A stretch of DNA of 38,742 bases from Barthelona sp. PAP020. Taxonomy: Eukaryota. The DNA lies in contig JARQWU010000071.1 in assembly GCA_040182905.1 (NCBI GenBank), positions 1-38,742 on the forward strand, given 5' to 3'. Shown piece by piece: positions 9,944-20,552 of this stretch (the stretch's first letter is position 1; each line of letters begins with the position of its first letter). The position numbers were made by a program, and so were the translations under genes. A model generated the notes under the pieces. That model was given only the letters and a program-made list of their open reading frames with translations. It was not told the origin of the DNA and ran no database searches.

Positions 9944-12900
9944 TTACAAAGGTAAAGCAGCAGAATTGTTGGAAACAAAACTTTCTACTGGCAAACTTCT
10001 GCAAAATTGTCTGAAATTATTAAAAAATAAGAAGGGATTAAAAGGAAATACAGTTTGAGAAATATGGTATTCAAGTAAACTCATATTATGTTTGTTTGAA
10101 GCCAAATCTAAAGGATGAGACAAACCAAAAACACTGAAAGAAATTTGTTCAACAGGACAATAACGTACTTTTTGAGAAATTTTCAAAATTCTGTAATCTA
10201 AAGGAATTTGAGATTGAGACAGATTATGCTGAGCTAACAATGCAGCATGAACACGTTGGGCTGCGGAAATAGGATCATTACCACTTTTTTGAGATGCTGT
10301 TACTGTTGTATAACCAATATATTCACTCAAATGTAAATAAGCTATTCCAGTTATTAAATAACTGAACAATTTAAAATCAGCAGTTTTAGTTTCTAATGAT
10401 CCAATATCTATGGCAGATAATAATTGAACGATCTCATAGCATTGTTTCATATCTCCAGCCAATATTAATTTTAGTAAGATTTGATTACCAATTGATAAAG
10501 CTTGACTATGTTTATCACCCAATAATGCATTACATAACGCTTCTTCATCGTTATTATCCACTAACATTTCTTTATAGTCTGCAATATTACCAAAACCAAG
10601 CATATTGTAAATACTCTGTTTATCATTGATGATAGGATTATGTAAAACTCTGGAAGCAATTTCAGTAAGCAATCTGTTGGATTTTACTGAAGATAAAGCT
10701 CTTGAAAATACGGTACAATGTGAATACAAAAATAACCTCTCCAAATGATGCAACATTTTGGAAGCAATATATGTAGAACGATCAACTTTATCTGGTAAAA
10801 TGTTTTGTACAACATGAGCTAACACAATTTCCCCACAATTGGCTAAAGTTAAAACTGCATTTGATACATCACCAAATGAAAGATAACAACAAGCAGCTAA
10901 AATAACTTCACCATGACGTAAATATGCTGATGATTGTTTTTTCAAAATATAACACAATTCTTCTCGATTTTTAGAAGATTGTAAAGTATCTACTTCAACA
11001 GTGTTGCTTTTATGTTCAATCAATTCTGTTTCATGGGATGAAATCATAAACGCTGGATAAAATTCACGTTTTTTAGAAAATTCATTTGCTAATTCTATTC
11101 TCTTACCAGCAGCAATCATTGCATGTGGTCTAAATTCAACATTGCTTTCATTTGCCAAATATTCGTTCAAAATCTCTTGGTAAAATTCAAATGAAACACC
11201 ACCAGCAAATGCTAAAGCTTCCAACCATTGATTATTTTGAATCATTGCCTTTGCATACATTTTCAAATCTCCACGAAGTAATGACTCTTGTGCAACAGCA
11301 GCTACAACATCTTCTGTCTTCGCTTGACCAATCCTTGCATATTTACTTGGATTTAAACCAAAATCACATAATTTTTGATATTCAGAATCATATTCTAAAA
11401 TATCATCAACATAAGGAATTATAACTGAGCGTTTGTAATCTTCAGTAATTTTATTATCGAAGCGCCTAATTTTTAAAACAAGATATAATAAATTACGTAA
11501 ACCAATTGGTGCGCCAAAGAAAGTCAATACTTTCATATATTTGTCAATCATATCTGTTGAAGCACTGTACGAATTCCAAAATGCTTCAACAATATCACCA
11601 CCTAAACGAATATCAGATCTTGTTGCATCACAAAATGAATCCCAAACGTTTTCACTAATAGCACTCTCCTTAATAACTGGTACAATTCCAGATAATAAGA
11701 AACGACTTTGTAGTGAATCAATTTGACGATGAAAATCTCCTAACAATGTCCACATACGTGTTGTTGTATCACGAGAAGTTGAAAATATTGTAAAAGGTCT
11801 TTTTGGATGAATAGAAATGGCATAAACATCAGCACAATGTTCAAATAGTGTTCTTAAACATTGACCATTTGATTTATATCTCACATCCCAAATACGAATG
11901 GTACGGTCCCAAGAACCAGATAATAATAAAGAAGGTATTACAGGAGACCAACATAAAGCACGAACTTTGGAACAATGTCCCTCACACACACAAACACATT
12001 CACCATTGCGAAGATCCCATACACGTACCGTATTATCATCTGAAGATGAAGCCAAAATAAATGGAAACATGGGATGACATTCCAAACCAAATACTCTTTC
12101 GGTATGTCCCTTCAAAACACTTAATAGTTCCAAATTGGTTTCACCAATTCCAAAAATTTTAATCAAACCACTGTTGGTAGCAACTGCCAAATTAGAATTA
12201 TTAACCATTGTCAATCCAAAGGTAGGATCTTTAGTTTGAACAACCTTTGCTCGTTCATTTTGATCACGCCAGTTCCAAACTGCCACACCACCAACCTGAG
12301 AACCAAAAGCAACACGGAAATTATCCACCCAAAGACAAGAATAAATGGCCTTTGTAGCCCCGCGAATTTGATTGACAACTCGACCTTCATCAACGTTAAC
12401 AATGAAGACAAAACCATTTGCATCACCACAAACAAGATGTATTCCATCTTTATTCCATGAATGACAATATACACAAATATTAGAAACTGAAATCTTTCTG
12501 ATACAACGAATTCGATTGTTTCCTTGACCAAAACGTAACGTTCTACGCAATTGAAGTCTCAATAAGTCTTCATTAGTTGGTTCTTCAGTATCAGGTCGAG
12601 ATTCAACCCTCCAAATACCAATAGAACCATCAAACGAACTTGTACTAAAAATATCTGGATTTTGTGGATGAACTTCAAGACCAAAAACAGTTTCTGTATG
12701 ACCAGCTTCAGTCATAAATAAACAACGCCCTGTTGAACTTTCAGCAACTGCAATACTACCATCTTGAAATCCAATAATAAGTTCCCCACTTGGTGTAACC
12801 CTCAAACCACATCCACCAGTCTCTTTAATTCGAATTTGACGTTTTTGAATGGATTGAGAAACATTCCAAAATCTTAAGACACCAACTTCACGGTCTAAAG

Positions 12901-13621
12901 TAACAATGGCTCCAGGACTTTCAGGTGCCCAAACAAATCCCATAAAACCAGTGGAAATATTATGAAAATTTTGAATATAATCAGATCCAATAGATCTAAC
13001 AAATAAATGTCCAGAATGAAAAGCAACTCCAAAATAGTCTGGTGATCTACGATCCCAATCAGCTGAACAAACCCAATCATTCTCAATCTCGGAATTAATT
13101 TCACCCAACAATTTATGTTTTTTCTTTCCTAATGAAACACGGAATAAACAACACATTGAACCACCTACGAGCAAATGTTTTCCAATTTTGTCCCATTGAA
13201 TGACACGAGCAAAAGTAGGCGCTGTAAATGAAAAAGATTTTCCAGTACTCATGGAAATATTATGGATTAAACCATCTTGCTGTCCCACAGTAATAATATC
13301 AGTATCAACAGGATGGAATGTGACTGAAGATACCAAATTTTCAATAGAATATTCAAAAACTTGTTCTAATGTATCAATATTCCATATTATAAGCAAGCCA
13401 TCTTCATATAATACGGCCAAATGACTAATTCGATGTGGTGACCAATAAATGGCAACAATATTATGTTGTCGAGTGCCAAAAACACTATGTAAAGAATAAT
13501 CTTCAAAAGAATACAAATATACAGACAAAGTGGAGGCAACTGCAAAATATGATTCATTAAAAGTGATATTTTGAAACAAATCTTGTTGAACACCTCCAGG
13601 TAATAATCCAATAGGTTTCAT
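9944..13621 (-). CDS. WDR17: WD40-repeat protein WDR17-like
   Basis: N-terminus KPIGLLPGG...FAVASTLSVYLY, GHTETVFG, GHTERVF, EHCADVYAISIHPKRPF..STSRDTTTRMW and a helical C-terminal part (WLEALAFA, ILAACCYL) match the WDR17 layout. First ATG at 13621. Confidence 0.85.
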   Translation of the reverse strand: MKPIGLLPGGVQQDLFQNITFNESYFAVASTLSVYLYSFEDYSLHSVFGTRQHNIVAIYWSPHRISHLAVLYEDGLLIIWNIDTLEQVFEYSIENLVSSVTFHPVDTDIITVGQQDGLIHNISMSTGKSFSFTAPTFARVIQWDKIGKHLLVGGSMCCLFRVSLGKKKHKLLGEINSEIENDWVCSADWDRRSPDYFGVAFHSGHLFVRSIGSDYIQNFHNISTGFMGFVWAPESPGAIVTLDREVGVLRFWNVSQSIQKRQIRIKETGGCGLRVTPSGELIIGFQDGSIAVAESSTGRCLFMTEAGHTETVFGLEVHPQNPDIFSTSSFDGSIGIWRVESRPDTEEPTNEDLLRLQLRRTLRFGQGNNRIRCIRKISVSNICVYCHSWNKDGIHLVCGDANGFVFIVNVDEGRVVNQIRGATKAIYSCLWVDNFRVAFGSQVGGVAVWNWRDQNERAKVVQTKDPTFGLTMVNNSNLAVATNSGLIKIFGIGETNLELLSVLKGHTERVFGLECHPMFPFILASSSDDNTVRVWDLRNGECVCVCEGHCSKVRALCWSPVIPSLLLSGSWDRTIRIWDVRYKSNGQCLRTLFEHCADVYAISIHPKRPFTIFSTSRDTTTRMWTLLGDFHRQIDSLQSRFLLSGIVPVIKESAISENVWDSFCDATRSDIRLGGDIVEAFWNSYSASTDMIDKYMKVLTFFGAPIGLRNLLYLVLKIRRFDNKITEDYKRSVIIPYVDDILEYDSEYQKLCDFGLNPSKYARIGQAKTEDVVAAVAQESLLRGDLKMYAKAMIQNNQWLEALAFAGGVSFEFYQEILNEYLANESNVEFRPHAMIAAGKRIELANEFSKKREFYPAFMISSHETELIEHKSNTVEVDTLQSSKNREELCYILKKQSSAYLRHGEVILAACCYLSFGDVSNAVLTLANCGEIVLAHVVQNILPDKVDRSTYIASKMLHHLERLFLYSHCTVFSRALSSVKSNRLLTEIASRVLHNPIINDKQSIYNMLGFGNIADYKEMLVDNNDEEALCNALLGDKHSQALSIGNQILLKLILAGDMKQCYEIVQLLSAIDIGSLETKTADFKLFSYLITGIAYLHLSEYIGYTTVTASQKSGNDPISAAQRVHAALLAQHNLSQSQIPLDYRILKISQKVRYCPVEQISFSVFGLSHPLDLASNKHNMSLLEYHISQTVFPFNPFLFFNNFRQFCRSLPVESFVSNNSAALPL

Positions 13622-13822
13622 AACCAAACTATGTCAAAAGAATAAATAAAACAATGTGGGCAAAATTCCATTTTTGATTTTTTTTCGCAACTGGATATTT
13701 GATTTTTTATGTGGAAAGAATATTTATTTAAATAAAAAGAAAGAAGATTAAAAATGAGAAGAAAAAAAAAATCATTTTTGAATTCATTTAAACCAAACAA
13801 ATTTCTTCTTATTATTTCGATC

Positions 13823-16228
13823 ATGACCACAACGAGTGAGTATGATACTGAATTTAAACAGTATTTAACACAGTCTGGACCATCTTTTCGTCTTATGTCT
13901 TCAGGAATGGTTCCAGCGGATATTATTCGAGACGTTGTTGCATCATACCCTGATAAATCACATATATTATTAAATATTGATCACATTGGTGAAATTAGAA
14001 GCAATTTGAGGGAAGGTTTAATTCATGAACCTTATACTTATTTTGGTAGTTTAACAAAAGTTATCAAAGAGATGATAGATGATGCAGATTCTAAAAAACA
14101 ATTAAGTAAACGTATTACTATTGGTTTGGAAGGTTCTTTTGCTCCTTATCACAGAACTCCCAGACAGTTGGATTCTACTTGTTTGCATAAAATGATTTGT
14201 TTGGAAGGTATTGTTACAAGATGCGATCAAATTAGACCTAAAGTAGTTGAAACATTACATTTAAGTTCTTCAAATTCTGAACCTCTTGCCTACAGATACA
14301 GTGATGGTTTAGACGTTGCAGGAACAGGGTTTACCAGTTCTGGACGTTACCCAACCGTGGACCAACAAGGAAAACCATTTATTACTGAATATGGTAAAAG
14401 TGTTTACATGGATCAGCAAATTATTACACTTCAAGAAATGCCTGAAAGATCTCCTCCTGGACAATTACCTTGTTCAACTCTTGTTGTGCTTAATGGAGAT
14501 TTGGTTGGTTCCATTAAGCCTGGTGATCGTTGTCAAATTGTTGGGGTTTATATGTCTCGTGGTTCTGTTTCTCAAATCACTGATGGTAAACTACCAACTA
14601 TATTGGTTGCAAATCATGTCCGTGTACTGTCTGATCAACAAATCAGCATTTCACTTTCAAATGAAGAGCGACAAGAAATTCTTCAAGAAGTTATTGAAGC
14701 CAAAGAATTTGTTGGGCAACTTGGACCTCTCAAATTACTTTCAAAATCCATTGCTCCAAGTATTTTTGGTCACGAGAACATTAAAACTGCTTTTGCTTTA
14801 CTTTTAGCTGGTGGTGTTCGACGAGAATTTATCAGTGGAACCCATGTTCGTGGTGATATCAATTGTTTATTGGTTGGTGATCCATCCACTGCAAAATCTC
14901 AACTTTGTCGATTTTTAATGCGTTGTGCCCCTTTGGCTATTTCAACCACTGGTCGAGGTGCAACTGGTGTTGGTCTTACTGCTGCTGTTATTCAAGATAG
15001 ACAAACAGGAACCCATCTTGAAGCTGGTGCTATGGTTCTTGCAGATGGTGGTGTAGTTGTAATTGATGAATTTGATAAAATGGATGATAAAGATAAAAGT
15101 GCAATTCATGTCGCCATGGAACAACAAACAGTAAACATCGCAAAATCCGGATTGGTAGCGACATTGAATGCTAGATGCAGTGTTGTGGCAGCTGCAAATC
15201 CAATTTATGGTCATTATGATCCAGAAACTGATCTATCAACCAATATTGGTATGCCTGATACTTTATTAAGTCGTTTTGATTTAATTTACACTGTATTGGA
15301 TAAAAAAGATCATGATCATGAAATTTCTAGTCATGTTCTGGGAATGCATCGTCAAAGAGGTGTACAAAGAACAGTTACTGGTGGTCTTCCTGTTGGTTAT
15401 GATGCCGCCAGTGTTGCTGAAGATTCATTATTGGGTGGACCAAATGGACTTTCGTTATCAACCATTCGAGAAAACAAATCAGTACTTCAAAATAAATGGA
15501 CTGAAAAGGATGGAGAAAAAATTTTAACAACAGATTTTTTGAAACTTTATTTCAGTTGCATTAAACCCAGAACAGATTTAGAATTGACAGAAGCAGCTTC
15601 AGAGGCAATAAGTGATGCTTTTTCAAATCTTAGGCAAAAAGGAATTCAACAAGGTCTTCATCAAACAGTTCGTGCCCTTGGTTCTTTGGTCAGGTTGGCA
15701 CATGCCTCAGCAAAAATTCGTAATGCCACTGTTGTTGAAAAATTAGATGCAGAAGTTGCTATAGCTGTTGTAAATAATGCTTTATTCAATCAAAAAATTG
15801 ATTTGGATGCTTTAGAACACAATTATTATGATGATGCAATGCTTCAAAATGATGCTGAAGTTGAAGAGGAAGATTTAGATATTCTGACAGATAGAACTCG
15901 TACTGCTGATTACTTTGCAAATAATGAAGAAGAAGAAAATATTTCAAGAGCTCCTTTGTTGGAAAAAGATATTGAATCAGAAAAAACAATCACTGAAACT
16001 CGTTTTGAATTGTTTAAGAAAGCATGGTTAGAACCTCAAAAGTTCAAAGATTTGTTGTACAACAATGTTGGTATTAGCAAAAAAGAAGCTTTTGAAAAGA
16101 TTAATAGTTCATTTGAAAATGAAGATGTTTTTACTCAACAAGAATTTGATGCAGGTATTCAAAAGTTAATGGATGAGAATTGGTTATTGTTTGATGATGA
16201 TGAAAATTTATTATATTGGTTCCATTAG
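13823..16228 (+). CDS. MCM3: DNA replication licensing factor MCM3
   Basis: MCM3-type Walker A LLVGDPSTAKSQL, Walker B IDEFDKM, SRFD arginine finger, QEMPERSPPGQLP, TEYGKSVYMD. Start placed at MTTTSEY (13823); the upstream ATG at 13754 reads through a poly-A tract. Confidence 0.95.
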   Translation: MTTTSEYDTEFKQYLTQSGPSFRLMSSGMVPADIIRDVVASYPDKSHILLNIDHIGEIRSNLREGLIHEPYTYFGSLTKVIKEMIDDADSKKQLSKRITIGLEGSFAPYHRTPRQLDSTCLHKMICLEGIVTRCDQIRPKVVETLHLSSSNSEPLAYRYSDGLDVAGTGFTSSGRYPTVDQQGKPFITEYGKSVYMDQQIITLQEMPERSPPGQLPCSTLVVLNGDLVGSIKPGDRCQIVGVYMSRGSVSQITDGKLPTILVANHVRVLSDQQISISLSNEERQEILQEVIEAKEFVGQLGPLKLLSKSIAPSIFGHENIKTAFALLLAGGVRREFISGTHVRGDINCLLVGDPSTAKSQLCRFLMRCAPLAISTTGRGATGVGLTAAVIQDRQTGTHLEAGAMVLADGGVVVIDEFDKMDDKDKSAIHVAMEQQTVNIAKSGLVATLNARCSVVAAANPIYGHYDPETDLSTNIGMPDTLLSRFDLIYTVLDKKDHDHEISSHVLGMHRQRGVQRTVTGGLPVGYDAASVAEDSLLGGPNGLSLSTIRENKSVLQNKWTEKDGEKILTTDFLKLYFSCIKPRTDLELTEAASEAISDAFSNLRQKGIQQGLHQTVRALGSLVRLAHASAKIRNATVVEKLDAEVAIAVVNNALFNQKIDLDALEHNYYDDAMLQNDAEVEEEDLDILTDRTRTADYFANNEEEENISRAPLLEKDIESEKTITETRFELFKKAWLEPQKFKDLLYNNVGISKKEAFEKINSSFENEDVFTQQEFDAGIQKLMDENWLLFDDDENLLYWFH

Positions 16229-16555
16229 AAATGTAGATGATGTTTCATGATAGTTTTTGTAAAAAGGGTTTTATTATTTTTTTTTTTTAGTAAAAAGGGT
16301 TTTTTCTTTGGCCTTTAAAGTAATTTAAGTTGTTAAATTGGATGAAGGAATTCCAAATTTTCAATCAAAGACATGAATCTCTCTACTTTTTCAAATTTTA
16401 AGTGTTGTTTGATTTGGTGAAAAAAAAAAAAAAAAAATTCTTTTTTTTTTATTAATAATATGACTAAAAACTATATCTGTTTGTTAAAGAAACAGAAAAA
16501 ACAAACAAACAAAGAATACATTGCTAAAAACAGAACAAACAAACAAATTCTTTAA

Positions 16556-18967
16556 TTAAATGGAAATATTATTTTCCATCATTAAATCCAACGTAATATC
16601 ACTAAAATGTTTGTTTAAGTCCATTATAAGACCTTTCATTGCTTGAAATTTCAACATCAAATCCCGTGGTAATTCAACAATTCCATGAGTTTTTAAAGGT
16701 TGAATTTCAATTGATGAGTCCAAAGGATTACCATTAAGCATTTCCCAACTGTGTAACTTATGATAATACATGAGTTGACCAAAATAACGTGCCTTCAATT
16801 CAATTTCCAAACCAATAGAATCTATTGTAGGTACATAAGCTGCTTTTGAAAACAGCATAGTTCCCGGAATAGAACCATTAACTAAATACCTGTCATAACT
16901 ATCATCAATATTTTCAAAATTTCCTAAATTTCCTCTGCGACTCAATAAAGATTTATTCACATTTTTTAGGTTAGTTGTTCTGAGAATCAAGTGTAATTGT
17001 AATTTACTCTCTAAAATACGTGGATTAGACAACAGAAAAGCAGAATAGCAACATTTCTGTAACATCAATCCCAATTGCCCATCGATTTTCATTTTGCGTG
17101 TTGGTAATACTATTTTTTCAATGATAAAACCAACTCTCGACATTGGCTGTGAACACAATGGTCCACTGTTGATCACACGATTCATTGCAATCTCAATTGA
17201 TCTGGAAAAAGGAGATACATCGACATTACTTCGATTAATTAATAAACAGCTATTTTTCAACTGGAACAATATATCTACAGCAAAACTAATTTTCCAATCA
17301 TGCTTAGAGTTCAATTTTTTTATCAAATCAATTTTGTTTTTAAACTTTTTGGAAATATCTTTTGCTAAATCTTCATCAATCGGAAAACAAGAAACATGAA
17401 TTTCCCCATCTCCAGAAAAATGTGGAAATATTGCTGTAATTTGTGATTCCGTACTGATAGTTTCCATAATCTCAACAAAAGGATCAGATTTTCTCAAATT
17501 AATTTTCATTTCCTGTACAAAATCAAAAAAAACGTCTAAAGAATATAATCCAGTTCCATGAAGAAAAAGATCAGTTGTTGTACGAAAAGATGAACTATCA
17601 ACATTAGGAAACATTTGTTTTAAAATGTATATAACGTTTCCCAATTCTTCTTTTTCATCAACTTCAATAGTTTCAATTCTTGAAGTAAATAATTTCGTTT
17701 TTTTTTCCTTAATTTCAAAATTTGTAATATCATCGATTGAAGAAAACAGAATCATATCCATTTCAACTTCACCTATCATTCCAAACACACTACCAGAAGG
17801 AATAACGCAATTTTGAATGATTGAACCATCTGAAAGATCAATAAATTCGTTTACTACAATCTTTTCTTTTTCGCTTCGCCAAAATTCATAGGATTTCTTT
17901 TCATTCAAATCAATATGAAAAAAAGTTCGTGTCATGTAAACTCCATTATCATTGTTTTTCTTTTCTTCATTTGAAAATGGTATTCTGTGACCAATAATAA
18001 GTCTCTTTGTGGTAGTATGATCTGTATTTTCTTTCACGTTCAAATTAAATGGACAAAATGTCATCAAAATCATTCTTAAAAAAGCCAAATTAGTCTCAGT
18101 ATCCAATATCTTCCGATTTATAAAGACTCCAAAATTTCTCAAAAAGTTTCGTAATTTTTCCTTATCTTCAAACAATAAACTATTGATGTATAGTTTATAT
18201 AATGGTTCCAATACATATTCAACAAATCCTGGAGTATTTGAATGATCCAAACGTAATACAGTTTCATTGACGTTTACTAATCCCCAAAGGGCATTAATAA
18301 AATTTGAACAATCAGTAATCTTTGAAGCAAATGCTCGTAAATCAATTGTCCACAAATGTAAAGCAGAACCAAAAATCACTTCTCCTTTTAAGGGATCTAA
18401 CTTATGAAAACAACCTTTACTTTCTTCTCCTCTTGTCAAAATACTATTAAACTTATTTACAAAACTATCAATCAACAACCAAGCATCATAAGGATCTAAT
18501 TTTAAGGAAGTAATTAACAAATCAATTTTGTTCAAAAACAATACTATGTTTAAATTGGACTTACTTTTTATCAATTTTATTAATTCTATTTCATGTTGAG
18601 TAATTGGCATTGTAATATCATGAACAAAAAAAACAGTTTCTCCAAAATTTAAACTTTGTTCTACCTGTTCAATAAATTCAAAATGACCTGGAGTATCGAT
18701 AAACGTATATTGTGTTCCATTAAATGGAATTATAATGGGGTTATTAAATAAAGTCACACCTCTTTCTTTTTCAACTATATTTCTGTTTGTTAATTGATCT
18801 GTTTTATTCTTATAAGGATTCTCATCATTCAAATTTAAATTCAACTTTGTCATCAAATCATTAATTGAATGTGTTTGAGACCGTATATGAAATAAATCAA
18901 TCAATGATGATTTTCCCGAATGAATATCTCCACATACTATTATATTCTGTCTTGAAAAAGGTAACAT
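16556..18967 (-). CDS. EFTUD2: U5 snRNP GTPase Snu114/EFTUD2, divergent and shortened
   Basis: EF-2-like G domain (GDIHSGKSS, EKERGVTL, DTPGH, NKID); LKLDPYDAW resembles Snu114 LKLPPxDAY; C-terminus VPTIDSIGLEIELK...WEMLNGNPLDSSIEIQPL...RDLMLK...KGL...NKHFSD matches the Snu114-specific tail. First ATG at 18967. Confidence 0.85.
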   Translation of the reverse strand: MLPFSRQNIIVCGDIHSGKSSLIDLFHIRSQTHSINDLMTKLNLNLNDENPYKNKTDQLTNRNIVEKERGVTLFNNPIIIPFNGTQYTFIDTPGHFEFIEQVEQSLNFGETVFFVHDITMPITQHEIELIKLIKSKSNLNIVLFLNKIDLLITSLKLDPYDAWLLIDSFVNKFNSILTRGEESKGCFHKLDPLKGEVIFGSALHLWTIDLRAFASKITDCSNFINALWGLVNVNETVLRLDHSNTPGFVEYVLEPLYKLYINSLLFEDKEKLRNFLRNFGVFINRKILDTETNLAFLRMILMTFCPFNLNVKENTDHTTTKRLIIGHRIPFSNEEKKNNDNGVYMTRTFFHIDLNEKKSYEFWRSEKEKIVVNEFIDLSDGSIIQNCVIPSGSVFGMIGEVEMDMILFSSIDDITNFEIKEKKTKLFTSRIETIEVDEKEELGNVIYILKQMFPNVDSSSFRTTTDLFLHGTGLYSLDVFFDFVQEMKINLRKSDPFVEIMETISTESQITAIFPHFSGDGEIHVSCFPIDEDLAKDISKKFKNKIDLIKKLNSKHDWKISFAVDILFQLKNSCLLINRSNVDVSPFSRSIEIAMNRVINSGPLCSQPMSRVGFIIEKIVLPTRKMKIDGQLGLMLQKCCYSAFLLSNPRILESKLQLHLILRTTNLKNVNKSLLSRRGNLGNFENIDDSYDRYLVNGSIPGTMLFSKAAYVPTIDSIGLEIELKARYFGQLMYYHKLHSWEMLNGNPLDSSIEIQPLKTHGIVELPRDLMLKFQAMKGLIMDLNKHFSDITLDLMMENNISI

Positions 18968-19033
18968 ACTTTTCCTTTTCAATTAAAAATGAAATAAAAA
19001 AAAAGCAATTATTTTATATCTTCTCCTTTATTT

Positions 19034-20200
19034 CTAATTAATAATTTCTTCTTTTTCTTTCTTCTCAGGAGCAGGATAATAGACACCAGGCAATCTAATA
19101 ATACCATTATAAATGAAGAGACCACACAATAGAATGGCAAAACCAACTAATTCTATTAAGGAATACATTGTGACTGATTCACCGAATTCAGGGTTGATAA
19201 AAGCATGAATAAATAAGTTAACTATCCAAATAACAGCAGTTCTCAATCCTTCCAAAATGGTTCTGTGAACAGCAGTAAATGATTGGGTTACTAACATACC
19301 AGTTAAGTTATACCCCAAAATAACGAAAACATAAAAGATAACAGTGCCTAAAATATGAGGATTTTTGCTTAACATGGTTAAAGAATCAATACTGTCTTCT
19401 CTCATATGTCCCAATATTCCTGTTTCAGGCAAATGTTGAGCAAGTGGTAAGAAAATGGTAGAACAAAGAATAGTTCCCCAGAAACCTTCCAAACCAACAA
19501 TGAGAGAAGCTTCTAATTTAACGTTTTTAAGCAGGAATTCTTCAACAACAATTTGAGAGGCTTGAATAATTTGTGCAGCAACAACAAGAAGAATAGCAAT
19601 AAATTCCATGGAATCTCCACTGCCTTGTTGAGCACTTCCTTGAGCAGGAGCTAAAAGACATGAAGCAGCAACAACAACGAGGGCAAAAACAACAGTACCA
19701 ACACCAGTCCAATGATAAGCGAATAATTTCTTTTTTAAAAACCACACACTAAGAATAGCAGAAAATACAGTCATTGAACCTCTAAGCATTTGCCAAATAG
19801 AAGCAGGAATAAATAAAAGACCAATATTCATCAAACAAGTGGCACATAAATCAAAAACAGCAGGGGCACAAACGTAAATATACGATTTCCAATGGTTAGT
19901 TTCGGTCTTCTCAGAAGTTTGAGTTTCAGTTTCATTGGCAACCAAAGGAGCAAGTTTCTTTTCTTCTTCCTCATCTTTTTTAAAGCAACGTTGAATTTCA
20001 TAAACAACCAAACATAAACACATACCAACAAACATAGATTCGGTTTGCATCCATGGTTTGGCAAAGTAATGCTTTCTGGGTAAACCTGCACGGCCTGCAC
20101 CCTTCATATGAAAAATAATTTTTTGAGTAACAACGGTGGCAGCACCAAAACAGAGCATACCTGGAATACTTATTTTCTTAGCAAAGGAAGTTTCAGTCAT
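19034..20200 (-). CDS. SLC35F6-like (nucleotide-sugar transporter/DMT superfamily) membrane protein
   Basis: FAKPWMQTESMFVGMCLCL, PAVFDLCAT, ASIWQMLRGS, QIVVEE, VGLEGFWG, AVHRTILEGLRT; about 10 hydrophobic helices. Start placed at MTETSF (20200). Confidence 0.88.
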   Translation of the reverse strand: MTETSFAKKISIPGMLCFGAATVVTQKIIFHMKGAGRAGLPRKHYFAKPWMQTESMFVGMCLCLVVYEIQRCFKKDEEEEKKLAPLVANETETQTSEKTETNHWKSYIYVCAPAVFDLCATCLMNIGLLFIPASIWQMLRGSMTVFSAILSVWFLKKKLFAYHWTGVGTVVFALVVVAASCLLAPAQGSAQQGSGDSMEFIAILLVVAAQIIQASQIVVEEFLLKNVKLEASLIVGLEGFWGTILCSTIFLPLAQHLPETGILGHMREDSIDSLTMLSKNPHILGTVIFYVFVILGYNLTGMLVTQSFTAVHRTILEGLRTAVIWIVNLFIHAFINPEFGESVTMYSLIELVGFAILLCGLFIYNGIIRLPGVYYPAPEKKEKEEIIN

Positions 20201-20552
20201 TTGAAATAAATATCCGTCAAAAAAACGTGAAAAAAAATATGGAAAAGTCAATTGTTTTTTGAAATCCTTCATTAATTTTCCAATAATTTTGACAATTCAC
20301 TGTGTTATAAAAATGTTAACAATATCAATTTACAATATTGATTGATTCTCTTTTGAAAAGATATTTGTTCTTTTTTTGTTTTTTCAAATTTTGTGTTATT
20401 TTATGGGAATGTGATATTGAATGGTATTATCTATATTCATAACATTAATATATACAAAGAATTATAATTGAGAAAATGTTTTTGCCTGCATTTTGTATTT
20501 ATTTATTTGGTCATATGGGATTGTTTTGATTTTTAACAAGTCATATATTTAA

